Assembly (NCBI GenBank): GCA_030425645.1
Contig: JAUHZK010000002.1
Location: 192,487 to 256,486 of the forward strand
Source: Gammaproteobacteria bacterium
GTDB taxonomy: Bacteria > Pseudomonadota > Gammaproteobacteria > JAPPPA01
DNA length: 64,000 bases
Direction: 5' to 3'
Shown: piece after piece, positions 1 through 11,814 of the stretch
Position numbering within the stretch: the first letter of the stretch is position 1
How the letters are laid out: each line of letters begins with the position of its first letter
Translations under genes and position numbers: made by a program
Notes under the pieces: generated by a model
Told to the model about the DNA's origin: nothing
The model's database searches: none
The model's input: only the letters and a program-made list of their open reading frames with translations

Positions 1-111
1 CATAACCGACATACCAGCGCCGTTCCAGTCCAGTAACTCAGACTGCGCTTTTGCTAATACGGCTTCCGGCAACGCTGCGGGGCCGGCACTAAAATTAAAT
101 ACACGTGACAT
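1..111 (-). CDS. serC: Phosphoserine aminotransferase SerC, N-terminal 37 codons. The gene continues past the window start.
   Basis: The reverse-complement reading gives [37 protein letters not shown], matching the conserved SerC N-terminus (FNFS.GPA.LP...EL.DWNG.G.SVME). Position directly downstream of gyrA fits the conserved gyrA-serC synteny. Confidence 0.8.
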   Translation of the reverse strand, partial: MSRVFNFSAGPAALPEAVLAKAQSELLDWNGAGMSVM

Positions 112-145
112 TGTGTTACCCAAAAGTAATAAACATTACGCTGAC

Positions 146-2752
146 TTATTCAGCGCTCTCGTTGTCCCCGTCGCTGCTACCGGTTTCGGTATCAGCGCCA
201 TCAGTTTCTTCAGATTCGTCGCCTTCTAGCTGCACCACCGGCGCAATACCAATTAGACGCTCTTTATCACCTACGCGAATCACGCGTACGCCTTGCGTGT
301 TACGACCTAATACAGAAATTTCGTTCACTGCGGTGCGGATCAATGTGCCGCCATCCGTAATCAACATCACTTCTGCATCGTCAGTCACCTGCACAGCACC
401 TACCAACGCGCCATTGCGGTCGCCGGTTTGCATAGCAATCACGCCTTGCCCGCCACGACCGTGTGTCGGGTAGTCTTCAATCTTGGTGCGTTTGCCGTAC
501 CCGTTTTCGGTAACCGCTAGAATTTCGCCTTCAGCCTCAAGAATGATCAGTGAAATCACATGCTGATCTTCTTGCAAACGGACGCCGCGAACACCGCCCG
601 CAGTACGGCCCATTGGGCGCACTTGGTCTTCTTTAAAGCGGATTGACTTACCAGCACTGGTGGCCAACACAATATCGGCAGCACCATCGGTAATCGCCAC
701 GTCAACCAAGGCATCATCACCACGTAGGTCAACCGCGATAATGCCGCTGGTCCGTGGGCGCGAGAAGTTAGTCAGCGCGGTCTTCTTAACCGTACCGTTG
801 CGCGTTGCCATAAACACATATTGGTCTTCAGCGTATTCACGCACCGGCAATACCGCGTTTACACGCTCGCCTTCTTCTAGCGGCAACAAATTGACGATCG
901 GCTTACCGCGGCTACCACGGCCGCCTTGCGGCAACATATAAACCTTCAACCAGTAACACTTACCGGCGCTGGTAAAGCAGAGCAAGGTGTCGTGGGTATT
1001 CGCCACAAACAACTTATCAACGAAATCTTCTTCTTTTGTCGCTGTGGCGCTCTTACCACGGCCGCCACGACGCTGCGCCTGATACACATCCAGCGCTTGC
1101 GACTTCACGTAACCTGCGTGAGAAAGCGTCACTACCACGGTTTCGTCGGTAATCAGGTCTTCCAAACTCAGGTTAGAGTGGTTCTGCATAATCTCAGTAC
1201 GGCGCTCGTCACCATACTGCTCACGAATTGCTTCTAACTCTTCGCGAATCACCTGCAGTAAACGATCTGGATCAGACAGGATCTCAATCAGATCGGCAAT
1301 TTTATCTAGTAACTCTTTGAATTCTTGAACAATTTTATCTTGCTCAAGACCTGTCAAACGGTGCAAACGCAGCTCAAGAATGGCCTGCGCTTGGCCCGGA
1401 GACAGTTGATACTCTTCGCCATGAAGTCCGTATTGCGGCTCCAAGTCATCAGGGCGAGAAGCGTCGGAACCGGCTCGCGCAAGCATTTCGCTTACCACGC
1501 CGGATTTCCAAACTTTACCCATTAATTTTTCTTTAGCTTCCGCAGGACCTGCAGAGGCTTTGATCAGTGCAATAACCTCATCAATATTCGCCAGCGCGAC
1601 CGCCAAACCTTCTAACACGTGAGCACGGCCACGTGCTTTACGCAGGTCAAATACAGTGCGGCGAGTCACCACTTCGCGACGGTGACGCAGGAAGTTATCG
1701 AGAATATCTTTTAGGTTGAGTAGCTTCGGCTGGTTATCAACCAAGGCCACCATGTTCATACCGAACACGGTCTGCATCGAGGTGTGCTGGTAGAGGTTAT
1801 TCAGAATAACCTCGCCGACTTCGCCACGGCGCAGCTCAATCACCATACGCATGCCGTCCTTGTCAGACTCGTCGCGCAGGCCGGTAATGCCGTCTAGCTT
1901 TTTCTCTTTAACCAGCTCCGCAATGCGCTCAATTAGACGCGCCTTGTTAACTTGGTAAGGCAGTTCGGTCACAACAATTCGTTGTTTACCGTCGTCAGCA
2001 TCACCTTCAATATGCGCACGAGCACGAATATGCACGCGACCACGGCCAGTCCGATAGGCCTCGCGCACACCAGCAACACCATTAATAATGCCGGCAGTTG
2101 GAAAATCAGGCGCTGGCACATATTCCATCAGCTCATCAATGCTGAGGTCGTCTTTTTCAATTAAAGCGATACAAGCACTGATAATTTCGCCAAGGTTATG
2201 TGGCGGAATATTGGTGGCCATACCAACCGCAATACCGCTAGAACCGTTGACCAGTAAATTAGGCACACGCGCCGGCAGTACCGACGGCTCTGATTCAGAG
2301 CCATCGTAGTTATCAATAAAATCTACGGTTTCTTTTTCTAAATCGGCCAGCATCTCGTGGGCGATCTTGGACATCCGCACCTCGGTATAACGCATCGCCG
2401 CTGGGGCGTCGCCGTCAACCGAACCAAAGTTACCTTGGCCATCGACCATCATGTAACGCAGCGAGAATGGCTGCGCCATCCGCACGATGGTGTCGTAAAC
2501 AGCGGTATCACCGTGCGGGTGATACTTACCGATTACATCACCCACCACACGGGCAGATTTTTTATAGGGTTTATTCCAATCGTTACCCAGTACGTTCATC
2601 GCGTAAAGAACGCGGCGGTGTACGGGCTTCATACCATCACGGACATCTGGCAATGCACGACCGACAATTACGCTCATCGCGTAATCGAGGTAGGACTGCC
2701 GCATTTCGTCTTCGAGGTTAACTTGAAGAAGTTCGCGTGCGAAATCAGACAT
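146..2752 (-). CDS. gyrA: DNA gyrase subunit A
   Basis: 868-aa ORF. The N-terminus MSDFARE...[42 protein letters not shown] is the canonical GyrA start with the active-site region. An acidic C-terminal tail is present. Confidence 0.97.
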   Translation of the reverse strand: MSDFARELLQVNLEDEMRQSYLDYAMSVIVGRALPDVRDGMKPVHRRVLYAMNVLGNDWNKPYKKSARVVGDVIGKYHPHGDTAVYDTIVRMAQPFSLRYMMVDGQGNFGSVDGDAPAAMRYTEVRMSKIAHEMLADLEKETVDFIDNYDGSESEPSVLPARVPNLLVNGSSGIAVGMATNIPPHNLGEIISACIALIEKDDLSIDELMEYVPAPDFPTAGIINGVAGVREAYRTGRGRVHIRARAHIEGDADDGKQRIVVTELPYQVNKARLIERIAELVKEKKLDGITGLRDESDKDGMRMVIELRRGEVGEVILNNLYQHTSMQTVFGMNMVALVDNQPKLLNLKDILDNFLRHRREVVTRRTVFDLRKARGRAHVLEGLAVALANIDEVIALIKASAGPAEAKEKLMGKVWKSGVVSEMLARAGSDASRPDDLEPQYGLHGEEYQLSPGQAQAILELRLHRLTGLEQDKIVQEFKELLDKIADLIEILSDPDRLLQVIREELEAIREQYGDERRTEIMQNHSNLSLEDLITDETVVVTLSHAGYVKSQALDVYQAQRRGGRGKSATATKEEDFVDKLFVANTHDTLLCFTSAGKCYWLKVYMLPQGGRGSRGKPIVNLLPLEEGERVNAVLPVREYAEDQYVFMATRNGTVKKTALTNFSRPRTSGIIAVDLRGDDALVDVAITDGAADIVLATSAGKSIRFKEDQVRPMGRTAGGVRGVRLQEDQHVISLIILEAEGEILAVTENGYGKRTKIEDYPTHGRGGQGVIAMQTGDRNGALVGAVQVTDDAEVMLITDGGTLIRTAVNEISVLGRNTQGVRVIRVGDKERLIGIAPVVQLEGDESEETDGADTETGSSDGDNESAE

Positions 2753-3034
2753 AGATAAGTGTTATTGGCCTTAAGCGCTTGTTATCGCCGCCAAGCGGCA
2801 GTTATATCGTCCCGAAGAACGGTCCCCCAAAGGCATCTTTAGCAACTGCTTTCTCTGCTGTATTTAAGGCCGCTTTTGAAGCCGCCAAAACACATTACAA
2901 AGCCCATGGTTTATAGCTGACAACTTTACCATAAGCAGAGCCGTTTTAAGGGGTTTTAATGCAAATACGCACCCTACCGTTACCTTTTTGTCCAAACCCG
3001 CTAAAATCGCGCCAAATTTTATGGGAAATATTCC

Positions 3035-3832
3035 GTGACTGCCGCGAATCCACTCGTCGACATTGGCGCTAACCTAACCGCCGAAGCCTTTAAAAATGAT
3101 GTTCACCAAGTGATCGCAGAAGGCCATCAAGCTGGCGTAACACGAATGATTTTGACCGGCTCTGATGTCACCGACAGCCAGGCCGCTGCCGAGCTCGCCA
3201 ACAGCTACCCAGAGCAACTGTGGAGCACTGCTGGCATACACCCGCATATGGCTAAGTCTTTTGACGAGAACAGTGTCGCCACACTACGCCAACTATTGGC
3301 GTTACCGCAGGTGGTTGCTGTTGGTGAAACTGGCCTCGATTACAACCGTAATTTTTCCGAACCGGCGCAGCAGAGAGCTTCGTTTGAGGCCCATCTGCAG
3401 CTAGCTGCGGAAACCGGCATGCCGATGTTTTTACACCAGCGTGATGCCCATGCAGACTTTATGGCCCTACTCAGCGCCCATCGGCCAAAACTGCAACAGG
3501 TGGTGGCGCACTGTTTTACCGGCGAAGAAAACGAACTCGATGATTATTTGGCCTTAGATTGCCATATCGGCATTACCGGCTGGATTTGCGATGAACGCCG
3601 TGGCCACCACTTACGTGATTTTGTTGCCAAGATTCCGGCTGACCGCCTAATGATCGAAACGGATGCGCCTTACTTGTTGCCAAGGGACCTAAAACCAAAA
3701 CCCAAAAGCCGCCGCAACGAGCCCAAATACCTGCCACATATCTGTGACGTGATCGCTGAATTTAGAACAGAGTCTGCAACCGAGTTAGCCGCCCTAACCA
3801 CGGACACTGCAACAAAGTTTTTTCAGCTTTAA
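3035..3832 (+). CDS. TatD-family metal-dependent hydrolase (DNase)
   Basis: 265 aa with TatD/YjjV-like motifs (GIHPH, ETGLDY, HCFTG, ETDAPYL). Confidence 0.85.
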   Translation: MTAANPLVDIGANLTAEAFKNDVHQVIAEGHQAGVTRMILTGSDVTDSQAAAELANSYPEQLWSTAGIHPHMAKSFDENSVATLRQLLALPQVVAVGETGLDYNRNFSEPAQQRASFEAHLQLAAETGMPMFLHQRDAHADFMALLSAHRPKLQQVVAHCFTGEENELDDYLALDCHIGITGWICDERRGHHLRDFVAKIPADRLMIETDAPYLLPRDLKPKPKSRRNEPKYLPHICDVIAEFRTESATELAALTTDTATKFFQL

Positions 3833-3844
3833 ACACTGCAAAAA

Positions 3845-4421
3845 CTACATATTGGCCGCTTCAGCACAGGCTTCTTTAGAGCCGCGCTTACAGCCGAGCT
3901 GATACAGGCGCAAGGCTGCGGCCTTGCTCCTTTCCACCCCATGACTACCAAAACGATGACGCTCAGCCAGCCGCAAACAGGCTTGCGTGTAGTCACCCAA
4001 AGCACACTCAACAAACAACTCCTCGGCTTCCTGCTTCCAGGCCTCCGCCGTTTTCTCGGCTTCTAAGCGGCGCTTCTCTACCTCAGCCTCGGGCTTAATC
4101 TGTTCGAAAAGACGTTGCGCGCTACGGTAACTAGCACCACGATCATCTGTGAGGGAAAAATACTCCTGCAGAAGATCATAAGCAGGCACCAATTTCTGAG
4201 CGCGAGCGGCCAACTTGGCCTCGATAAGCACAAGCGCTGGCGGCATCACCACATCCAAATCTCGGAATCTCTGAACATGTTCACTTGCCTGTTCAAAATC
4301 CCCACTACGCAGATCCTTAGCAATCTGCTGCTGCAAAAATTTTACATCTGCTCGCAAGTCTGAATTCGCCAACACTGCGGTGCCAAACAGGACAGCCACC
4401 AACAGCCCTAAGGCGCGCAAT

Positions 4422-4438
<17 letters not shown>
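3845..4438 (-). CDS. Hypothetical secreted protein with a Sel1-like or TPR-like C-terminal segment
   Basis: N-terminal signal peptide (LLVAVLFGTAVLA), coiled-coil segment, and a C-terminal AAALRLYQLGCKRGSKEAC Sel1-like motif. Last gene of a three-gene minus-strand cluster. Confidence 0.5.
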
Positions 4439-5051
<613 letters not shown>

Positions 5052-5104
5052 CGCTTGGCGAAGTTAGCGTTTACAGCGACCAGCCTGAACCCCAAAAACT
5101 TACG

Positions 5105-5485
5105 CTACTGAATGGAGCTAGAGATCAACTCGGTGGATTGCAAAGCCAGCTCCGCACAGGTTTGGCGCTCAAAATCATTCACCGCTTCAAGCTCTTCCAA
5201 CGCCTCAGCCAAGGTTAACTTACCCTCCTCGTCAAAGCTTAGGGCGGCACCTGCTAGGCGAACCTCGACTTGCGCTTCAGTCGATTCTTCATCCGCTCGC
5301 TTAGGTTCCAATACCTGCACCTGCACATAACGCACACGCTCATTAGAAAACTCTGGCACTGCGCGCAAACCACTGGCGATCAAGGTGCTTTCTTCATCGG
5401 AAAATTCTTGCAAAGATCCATCACGATTCAGCACATAGTGCTTAAGCGCTTTAACGGGAACTGAAGGCTTGTCGGATTCAAACAT
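5105..5485 (-). CDS. Hypothetical acidic protein
   Basis: 126-aa ORF, first gene of the minus-strand cluster. No recognisable motif. Confidence 0.4.
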   Translation of the reverse strand: MFESDKPSVPVKALKHYVLNRDGSLQEFSDEESTLIASGLRAVPEFSNERVRYVQVQVLEPKRADEESTEAQVEVRLAGAALSFDEEGKLTLAEALEELEAVNDFERQTCAELALQSTELISSSIQ

Positions 5486-5628
5486 GGAACTAGGGTAACA
5501 AAATTAGTAGAGGGCGAACGCTATCTATGGGCAAGCTCGGCAATATCAAGCCTAAAGCGGTCGCCAATCACCACAAAGCTAAGCTATATTGCCGGGCTTT
5601 AAAGACCCACCGCAAAAGAGCCTAGGCA

Positions 5629-6957
5629 GTGCAACAAGCCGATCTAATCCTATACCCGGAGTGGGCATTTACCGCCCACCCGTCCAACAACAGCCCCTAT
5701 GGCGACTGCCTGCAAAAGCCGGGCATTGCTATCCAAGCTGGCCGCATAGTTGATATCGCCGACAAGGCGGAGATTCAAACAAAATGGCATAGCGATCACA
5801 GCGAAGAACACCCCGGCAAAGTACTGTTACCCGGCTTTGTAAACGCACATTGTCACGCAGCGATGACGCTGCTGCGCGGCATCGCTAATGACCTGCCGTT
5901 AATGGATTGGTTAGAGGGCCATATTTGGCCCGCCGAGGGCAACCATGTTGATGCCGAGTTCGTACGCGACGGCAGCCTACTCGCCTGCGCCGAAATGATT
6001 CGCGGCGGCACTACCTGCTTTAACGATATGTACTTCTTTCCAGAGGCAACGATTGAGGCAGCCCTAGCAGCAGGCATACGTGTTAGCGCAGGCATTATCG
6101 CCATCGACTTTCCCAGCGCTTACGCCCAGCAACCGGAGCAATACCTAGAACAAGGCTTGGCAACACTAGCGGAGCATAAAGCGCATGACCGCGTAAAAAT
6201 GATGTTCGCCCCGCACGCTCCCTATACGGTTGGTGACCCGTTATTTAAAAGCATCATAGAGGCCGACAAAGCCCAACGGCTTGGCTGCCACATCCACCTG
6301 CACGAAACAGCCTTCGAAGTGAGTAGCGCCGAACAGGAAACCGGCACACGGCCTTTCCAGCGACTGCTGCAACTCGGACTACTCAACGAGCAAACTGTGG
6401 CCGTACACATGACCCAGCTTAACGAGCAAGAAATTCAACAATGTGGATCGTTAGGTATCAATATTGCGCATTGCCCTGAAAGCAACCTCAAACTTGCCAG
6501 CGGTATTGCGCCAATTCACGCCTTACTATCAGCGGGCGCCAACGTCGCTATTGGCACCGACGGCGCGGCCAGCAATAACGACCTAGATATGCTGAGCGAA
6601 CTCCGCAGCGCCAGCCTGCTCGCTAAGGCCCAAAGCCAAGATGCAACAGCTCTCAGCGCCGCGCAAACGCTACAAATGGCCACGTACAACGGCGCTAAAG
6701 CATTGGGCTGGGAAGCCGAAACCGGCTCCATTGCTATTGGTAAAAGTGCCGACCTACAACTAATAGACTTAAACCGTATAGAAACCCAGCCCTGCTACGA
6801 CCCAGTGGCGCAGGTGGTTTACAGCGCCTCTCGAGATCAAATTACTGATGTCTGGTGCCAGGGGCAGCAGCTAATGCAGGAACGCCAATTGACCACATTA
6901 AATGAGAACGAATTGCTTGCCACCGCCCAAGCTTGGCATGAGAAAATAAGCACATGA
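5629..6957 (+). CDS. mtaD: Amidohydrolase, 5-methylthioadenosine/S-adenosylhomocysteine deaminase (MtaD/TRZ-ATZ family)
   Basis: 442 aa with the HxH metal motif (NAHCHAAMTLLRG). The HLHE and GTDGAASNN motifs are typical of the family. Conserved position immediately upstream of ubiG, as in Pseudomonas. Confidence 0.8.
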   Translation: MQQADLILYPEWAFTAHPSNNSPYGDCLQKPGIAIQAGRIVDIADKAEIQTKWHSDHSEEHPGKVLLPGFVNAHCHAAMTLLRGIANDLPLMDWLEGHIWPAEGNHVDAEFVRDGSLLACAEMIRGGTTCFNDMYFFPEATIEAALAAGIRVSAGIIAIDFPSAYAQQPEQYLEQGLATLAEHKAHDRVKMMFAPHAPYTVGDPLFKSIIEADKAQRLGCHIHLHETAFEVSSAEQETGTRPFQRLLQLGLLNEQTVAVHMTQLNEQEIQQCGSLGINIAHCPESNLKLASGIAPIHALLSAGANVAIGTDGAASNNDLDMLSELRSASLLAKAQSQDATALSAAQTLQMATYNGAKALGWEAETGSIAIGKSADLQLIDLNRIETQPCYDPVAQVVYSASRDQITDVWCQGQQLMQERQLTTLNENELLATAQAWHEKIST

Positions 6958-7673
6958 CACACTCAAGCAATGTTGATCCATTAGAGATTCAGAAATTCGC
7001 CAATATCGCCGACAAATGGTGGGATATGGACGGCGAGTTTAAGCCGCTACACGCCATTAACCCGTTACGCTCTGACTATGTTGAGCAATACGCGCCGGTG
7101 GCTAACAAAAACGTCATTGACGTGGGCTGCGGCGGCGGCATTCTTAGCGAAGAGCTAGCCAAACGCGGCGGCAAGATCACCGGTTTAGACATGGGCGCTG
7201 CACAACTAGATGCGGCACGTATGCACGCCATCGAAAGCGGCCTAAGCATTGATTACCAGCAAAAACCAGTTGAGCAACTAGCGGCCGAAAAAGCCGCTGA
7301 GTTTGACGTGGTTACGTGCATGGAAATGCTAGAACATGTGCCAGACCCGGGTTCGGTGATTAATGCCTGTGCCGACTTGGTCGCACCCGGCGGCTGGGTA
7401 TTCTTCTCTACCATCAACCGCACTGCTAAAGCGTTTGCCATGGCTATTGTCGGTGCCGAATACGTGCTTAACTGGTTACCCAAAGGCACCCATGAGTACA
7501 AAAAGTTTATTCGACCGGCCGAAATGGCTGAAGCGGCAGAGGCCGCTGGCTTAGTCGTGAAGAATATCTGCGGAATGACCTACAACCCGCTGTTCGACAG
7601 CTACTCACTCAACCAAGCCGATGTTGATGTGAACTACCTAATGGCCTGCCAAAAACCAGTCGACGCCGCCTAA
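6954..7673 (+). CDS. ubiG: Bifunctional 3-demethylubiquinol 3-O-methyltransferase / 2-polyprenyl-6-hydroxyphenol methylase
   Basis: 239 aa with the SAM-binding motif VIDVGCGGGILSE and typical UbiG length. ATGA overlap with mtaD. Confidence 0.9.
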   Translation: MTHSSNVDPLEIQKFANIADKWWDMDGEFKPLHAINPLRSDYVEQYAPVANKNVIDVGCGGGILSEELAKRGGKITGLDMGAAQLDAARMHAIESGLSIDYQQKPVEQLAAEKAAEFDVVTCMEMLEHVPDPGSVINACADLVAPGGWVFFSTINRTAKAFAMAIVGAEYVLNWLPKGTHEYKKFIRPAEMAEAAEAAGLVVKNICGMTYNPLFDSYSLNQADVDVNYLMACQKPVDAA

Positions 7674-8353
7674 TGCAAAACCTTCCTGCGGCCGCAGAAA
7701 TTGACTGCTTGTTGTTTGACTTAGACGGCACCCTGGTCGACACCGCGGCCGATCTTTGTCAGGCGATGCAGACCCTGCTACAGCAGCACGGCCGGCCGGC
7801 AGTCGATGAAGAGCGTTTTCGAAGCGTCGTCTCCGATGGCTCCTATGCGATGATTTGTCTCGCCTTTGAGTTAGAAGCAGACGATTCGCAAGTCGAAGCA
7901 TTGCGCGCTCAATTTCTAAAAATATACCGAGGCCAACTGTCTGCCTATAGTCATCTATTCGAAGGCATGGAGGCGGTACTTGAGCATTGTCAGCGACTCG
8001 GGAAACGTTGGGGCATTATTACCAACAAGCCCGAACACCTGACGCTACCGCTACTGGAGCAACTTAGCTTTCCTTATGCTCCCAGCACCATTGTTTGCGG
8101 TGATACTACGGCAGCCCCCAAGCCTAGCCCACTACCGATGAACAAAGCCATGGCGGACGTTGCCGTTAACGCTAACCGTTGTCTATATTTTGGCGATGCC
8201 AGCCGCGACATTGAAGCCGCTCGCAACGTCGACATGCCCAGCGTCGCGGTCAGCTGGGGATATATTCAGAGTGACGACGATATTAATGACTGGCAGGCCG
8301 ACTGCATCATTCACCACCCCGATGAAATCACAGCTTGGCTAACAGCCAACTAA
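7673..8353 (+). CDS. HAD-family phosphatase (phosphoglycolate phosphatase Gph / MupP-like)
   Basis: LLFDLDGTLVDT HAD motif I, a GIITNK motif, and a YFGDASRDIEAARN motif. Conserved position after ubiG. Confidence 0.8.
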   Translation: MQNLPAAAEIDCLLFDLDGTLVDTAADLCQAMQTLLQQHGRPAVDEERFRSVVSDGSYAMICLAFELEADDSQVEALRAQFLKIYRGQLSAYSHLFEGMEAVLEHCQRLGKRWGIITNKPEHLTLPLLEQLSFPYAPSTIVCGDTTAAPKPSPLPMNKAMADVAVNANRCLYFGDASRDIEAARNVDMPSVAVSWGYIQSDDDINDWQADCIIHHPDEITAWLTAN

Positions 8354-8380
8354 AACAGCAGCCTTAGCCGCAACGGCGGA

Positions 8381-9730
8381 CTAGAAACGGGTCAAACCAC
8401 CACCAGCGCGAGCCGATTGAGTATCAACGTTATAGCCGTACTCCCCGCGCAACTCGACCTTAACCAGCCTCTTCGGCCGCCACACCAACGCAACACCAAC
8501 CGAATAAGTACTGTCACAGGCACATAGCTGAGTATGACTTTCAGCAAACAAGGCCCAGTCGATAAACGCCCCATAGCGCCACGACGGCGCCTTACGATGA
8601 ATCGGCAATAGATACTCTAGGGAACCATAAAGTAAAGCGTTGCCCTCTAATTCACCTTTCTTAAGCCCGCGCAGATTCCCGGAGCTATTGGAAAAACCTA
8701 ATTGCTCAGGGATGCCGCCGTTAAAAATGCCCGCACCGGCCCGATAAATCACACTATGGTGCGCGCCATCTTTAAAGCCTGCTGTCACTAGCCGCCAGTC
8801 GGCACTAACACGGTTATAGCTAAAGTCTGGGCTACCCAGCGGCAAGCTAATTTCGACATTAAGACCGTACTGCAGCCCTTCCTCCGAATAGGTCAGCAGA
8901 CGACGGTCTTGGTAGTTGACACCCAAAGAGGCGGCCCAAGTACTGCCACCAGCTAACTCTGGCACCTGGCTATGCGGCGTATTGTCAGCCAACAGATAGA
9001 ATAAGCTGCCATCGACGAACCAGCCTTTGGTTTGCCCAACAGAAGATAGTTGTCGACCAATATTGATGCCATGGCGTTCATCGTGTTCGACATAGCGACG
9101 CCCACCATCTGCGGGCGACTCTTCCACCGGCACGCGGCTTCGGCGAGTAAAGAAGCCTAGATTCCACAGGCTTCCGGCGACCCTTGGGTAATCGTACTGA
9201 AAGCGCAAGACTTCTTTTTCGCCTAACTCAGCGTCGCTAAGCTGGCGGCGCTCCCAGACAAACTTGGCGCGTTGATTTAAACCAGCAATATTGTCCCACT
9301 CGATACTAGCGCCGTAGCTGGTTTCGCCGTCGGAATTTAGCCCAAGACGGGGCAAGGGAATAATGTAAAACTTTTCTTCTAACGTAATAGTGAGCACATA
9401 CGTTTCGCCAGCCTGAGCTTCTAAGCTAGGCACCACTGACTCAAACAAACCAAGATCACGAATACCTTGAACAGAATCGGCCAGCACTTGACCGCTGACT
9501 ACTGCCGGAGCCGTAAAATAAAGCTGCTGGTCTAGAAGACGCTTGCGGGTAACGTCGTTGCCGACATAGTGAACAGCAACAATATGAATTGACGCGTCGG
9601 CATCGGGCAAGCCTGCGGCGGTCGCCGCAGTATCGGCGTAGCTACTAGACGCCGCTACGCTTAAGAGTAATAAAGCGGCAATCGAAAGGATTCTTGTCGT
9701 CTGCTTCAACAAGGTTATTACTTTCTTCAA
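8381..9730 (-). CDS. Omp85/BamA-superfamily outer-membrane beta-barrel protein with a POTRA-like N-domain
   Basis: Signal peptide ending ...SSSYA, an N-terminal soluble domain followed by alternating beta-strand pattern, and a C-terminal aromatic residue (…GGGLTRF). Confidence 0.55.
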   Translation of the reverse strand: MKKVITLLKQTTRILSIAALLLLSVAASSSYADTAATAAGLPDADASIHIVAVHYVGNDVTRKRLLDQQLYFTAPAVVSGQVLADSVQGIRDLGLFESVVPSLEAQAGETYVLTITLEEKFYIIPLPRLGLNSDGETSYGASIEWDNIAGLNQRAKFVWERRQLSDAELGEKEVLRFQYDYPRVAGSLWNLGFFTRRSRVPVEESPADGGRRYVEHDERHGINIGRQLSSVGQTKGWFVDGSLFYLLADNTPHSQVPELAGGSTWAASLGVNYQDRRLLTYSEEGLQYGLNVEISLPLGSPDFSYNRVSADWRLVTAGFKDGAHHSVIYRAGAGIFNGGIPEQLGFSNSSGNLRGLKKGELEGNALLYGSLEYLLPIHRKAPSWRYGAFIDWALFAESHTQLCACDSTYSVGVALVWRPKRLVKVELRGEYGYNVDTQSARAGGGLTRF

Positions 9731-10148
9731 CCCATTCAGTTTCTACAGTCTGCGGGAACCAAGCGTCACCGTCTAGTTTTGTTTGCACAACCGTCAGGTA
9801 AATTCGCGCTGCCAGTGCTATCGCCTGTTGATAGATATTGGCACCGCCAATCACAAACACTTGGCTGGTCTCCGTCTGCTCTTCAGCTAAACGCACAGCT
9901 GCTGCCAAGTCGTGCACCACTTCAGCACCCTCGGCTTTGTAATTAGCTTGCCGGCTGACCACAATATTCAAGCGCCCAGGTAATGGCCGACCAATCGATT
10001 CCCAAGTTTTACGCCCCATAATGACCGGGCAGCCCATGGTGGTTTTTTTAAAGTGCTGCAGGTCGCGCGGCAGGTGCCAGGGCAAAGTGTTATCAATGCC
10101 AATCACTCGCTCCGGCGTCATCGCCACAATAAGGCACAGCTCTGCCAT
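9645..10148 (-). CDS. folA: Dihydrofolate reductase
   Basis: 167 aa. The N-terminus CLIVAMTPERVIGIDNTLPWHLPRDLQHFKKTTMGCPVIMGRKTWESIG is the classic DHFR signature. Confidence 0.93.
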   Translation of the reverse strand: MAELCLIVAMTPERVIGIDNTLPWHLPRDLQHFKKTTMGCPVIMGRKTWESIGRPLPGRLNIVVSRQANYKAEGAEVVHDLAAAVRLAEEQTETSQVFVIGGANIYQQAIALAARIYLTVVQTKLDGDAWFPQTVETEWVEESNNLVEADDKNPFDCRFITLKRSGV

Positions 10149-10981
10149 TACACTGCCACCGGTGCTGAGATATGCGGGTGCGGGTCGTAACCAACCACTT
10201 CGAAATCGTCAAAGGTAAAAGCAAACAAATCTTTCACCTCAGGGTTTATTTGCAAACTAGGGAGCGCACGCACGTCGCGCGCCAACTGCGTTTCCACCTG
10301 CTCCATATGATTGGAATACAAATGTGCATCGCCAAAGGTATGCACGTAGTCACCCGGCTCTAGTCCCAGAACCTGAGCCATCATCATGGTCAACAGCGCA
10401 TAGCTAGCGATATTAAATGGCACGCCTAAGAAAATATCAGCGCTGCGCTGATAAAGCTGGCAACTCAACTTGCCGTCGGCGACGTAAAACTGGAACAGAC
10501 AGTGACACGGTGCCAAAGCCATCCGGCCTTGGGCAACATTCTCTTGCGGCCCAACGGATTCATCTGGCAAATCAGCCGGATTCCATGCTGAAACAATATG
10601 GCGACGAGAGTCGGGGAAGTTTTTTAAGCTCTCTAAAACCTGTTCGATTTGGTCAACCACACGACCGTCTTGGCAAGCCCAAGAGCGCCACTGTTTACCG
10701 TAAACAGGGCCAAGACTTCCCTCTTCATCAGCCCATTCGTCCCAAATACGGACACCGTTATCTTTTAGGTAACCAATATTGGTATCGCCCTGCAAGAACC
10801 ACAGCAGCTCGTGCACGATAGACTTTAGGTGTAGCTTCTTCGTGGTCACCATCGGAAAGCCCTCCGACAGATCAAAGCGCATTTGATAACCAAAAACACT
10901 CTTAGTGCCAGTGCCGGTGCGGTCGCCCTTTTCGGCTCCGTTTTCCAACACATGCCGCATCAAGTCTAGATATTGTTTCAT
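10148..10981 (-). CDS. thyA: Thymidylate synthase (ThyA), long form
   Basis: [38 protein letters not shown] is nearly identical to the E. coli ThyA N-terminus. The catalytic PCH is present. The start is trimmed to MKQY (10981), which abuts the lgt stop. The ORF track's upstream extension to 11077 overlaps lgt. Confidence 0.93.
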   Translation of the reverse strand: MKQYLDLMRHVLENGAEKGDRTGTGTKSVFGYQMRFDLSEGFPMVTTKKLHLKSIVHELLWFLQGDTNIGYLKDNGVRIWDEWADEEGSLGPVYGKQWRSWACQDGRVVDQIEQVLESLKNFPDSRRHIVSAWNPADLPDESVGPQENVAQGRMALAPCHCLFQFYVADGKLSCQLYQRSADIFLGVPFNIASYALLTMMMAQVLGLEPGDYVHTFGDAHLYSNHMEQVETQLARDVRALPSLQINPEVKDLFAFTFDDFEVVGYDPHPHISAPVAV

Positions 10982-11784
10982 CGAGTTTTTAACTCTGTAT
11001 TGTTGTATGCACGCCAGATTAACCAGAGCCCGCCCAGAATCATAGGTGCCGACAAAATTTGCCCCATGGTTAACCATTGGAAAGCCATAAAGCCGCCCTC
11101 GCCCATATGGGCGTCGGGCTGACGGAAGAATTCAATCGTGAAGCGAGCAGTACCGTACCAAGCTAAAAACAAGCCACTCACCATGCCCACAGGGCGCGGC
11201 TTACTGGAAAACCACCAGAGCACCGCAAACAACAACCAGCCCTCAAACAAGGACTCATACAGTTGCGAAGGGTGCCGTGGCTCAGGGCCGCCAGTTGGAA
11301 AGACCATGGCCCAAGGCACGTCCGAGACGCGCCCCCATAACTCGCCGTTAATAAAGTTAGCAATACGCACAGCGCCGATGCCGATAGGCGTGAGCGGCAC
11401 CATAAAGTCGGTAACTTCTAAAAAGCTTTTGTTGTACTTTTTGCCAAAGTAAAACATCAGCAAAATAACTGCGCTTAAGCCGCCGTGGAAAGACATACCG
11501 CCCTCCCATAGCTTGAACAAAGACAATGGATTAGCCAGTAAACCGTCGAGGTTATAAAACAACATATAGCCAACACGGCCACCGACGATAACGCCCATCG
11601 CGCCGTAAAACACGAGGTCTGAAATATGCTCTTCCGTCCAACCAAGCTCGGGCTGTTTTTTAGCCCGGCGGCTACCAAGGAAATACACCATTGAAAAACC
11701 CACAAGGTACATCAGCCCATACCAATGGATCGACAATGGCCCAATTGAGATAGCGACCGGGTCAATATTGGGAAACTGCAGCAT
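10978..11784 (-). CDS. lgt: Prolipoprotein diacylglyceryl transferase
   Basis: 268-aa polytopic membrane protein. N-terminus [30 protein letters not shown] and the GGRxGY motif match Lgt. Confidence 0.92.
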   Translation of the reverse strand: MLQFPNIDPVAISIGPLSIHWYGLMYLVGFSMVYFLGSRRAKKQPELGWTEEHISDLVFYGAMGVIVGGRVGYMLFYNLDGLLANPLSLFKLWEGGMSFHGGLSAVILLMFYFGKKYNKSFLEVTDFMVPLTPIGIGAVRIANFINGELWGRVSDVPWAMVFPTGGPEPRHPSQLYESLFEGWLLFAVLWWFSSKPRPVGMVSGLFLAWYGTARFTIEFFRQPDAHMGEGGFMAFQWLTMGQILSAPMILGGLWLIWRAYNNTELKTR

Positions 11785-11814
11785 ATTGCTATTCCTTAAG
11801 CCGCCCTAAGCGAA

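Noticed and set aside
105-473. 122-aa plus-strand ORF
   Set aside because: Completely inside gyrA on the opposite strand. Pro/Ser-rich low-complexity translation typical of antisense frames.
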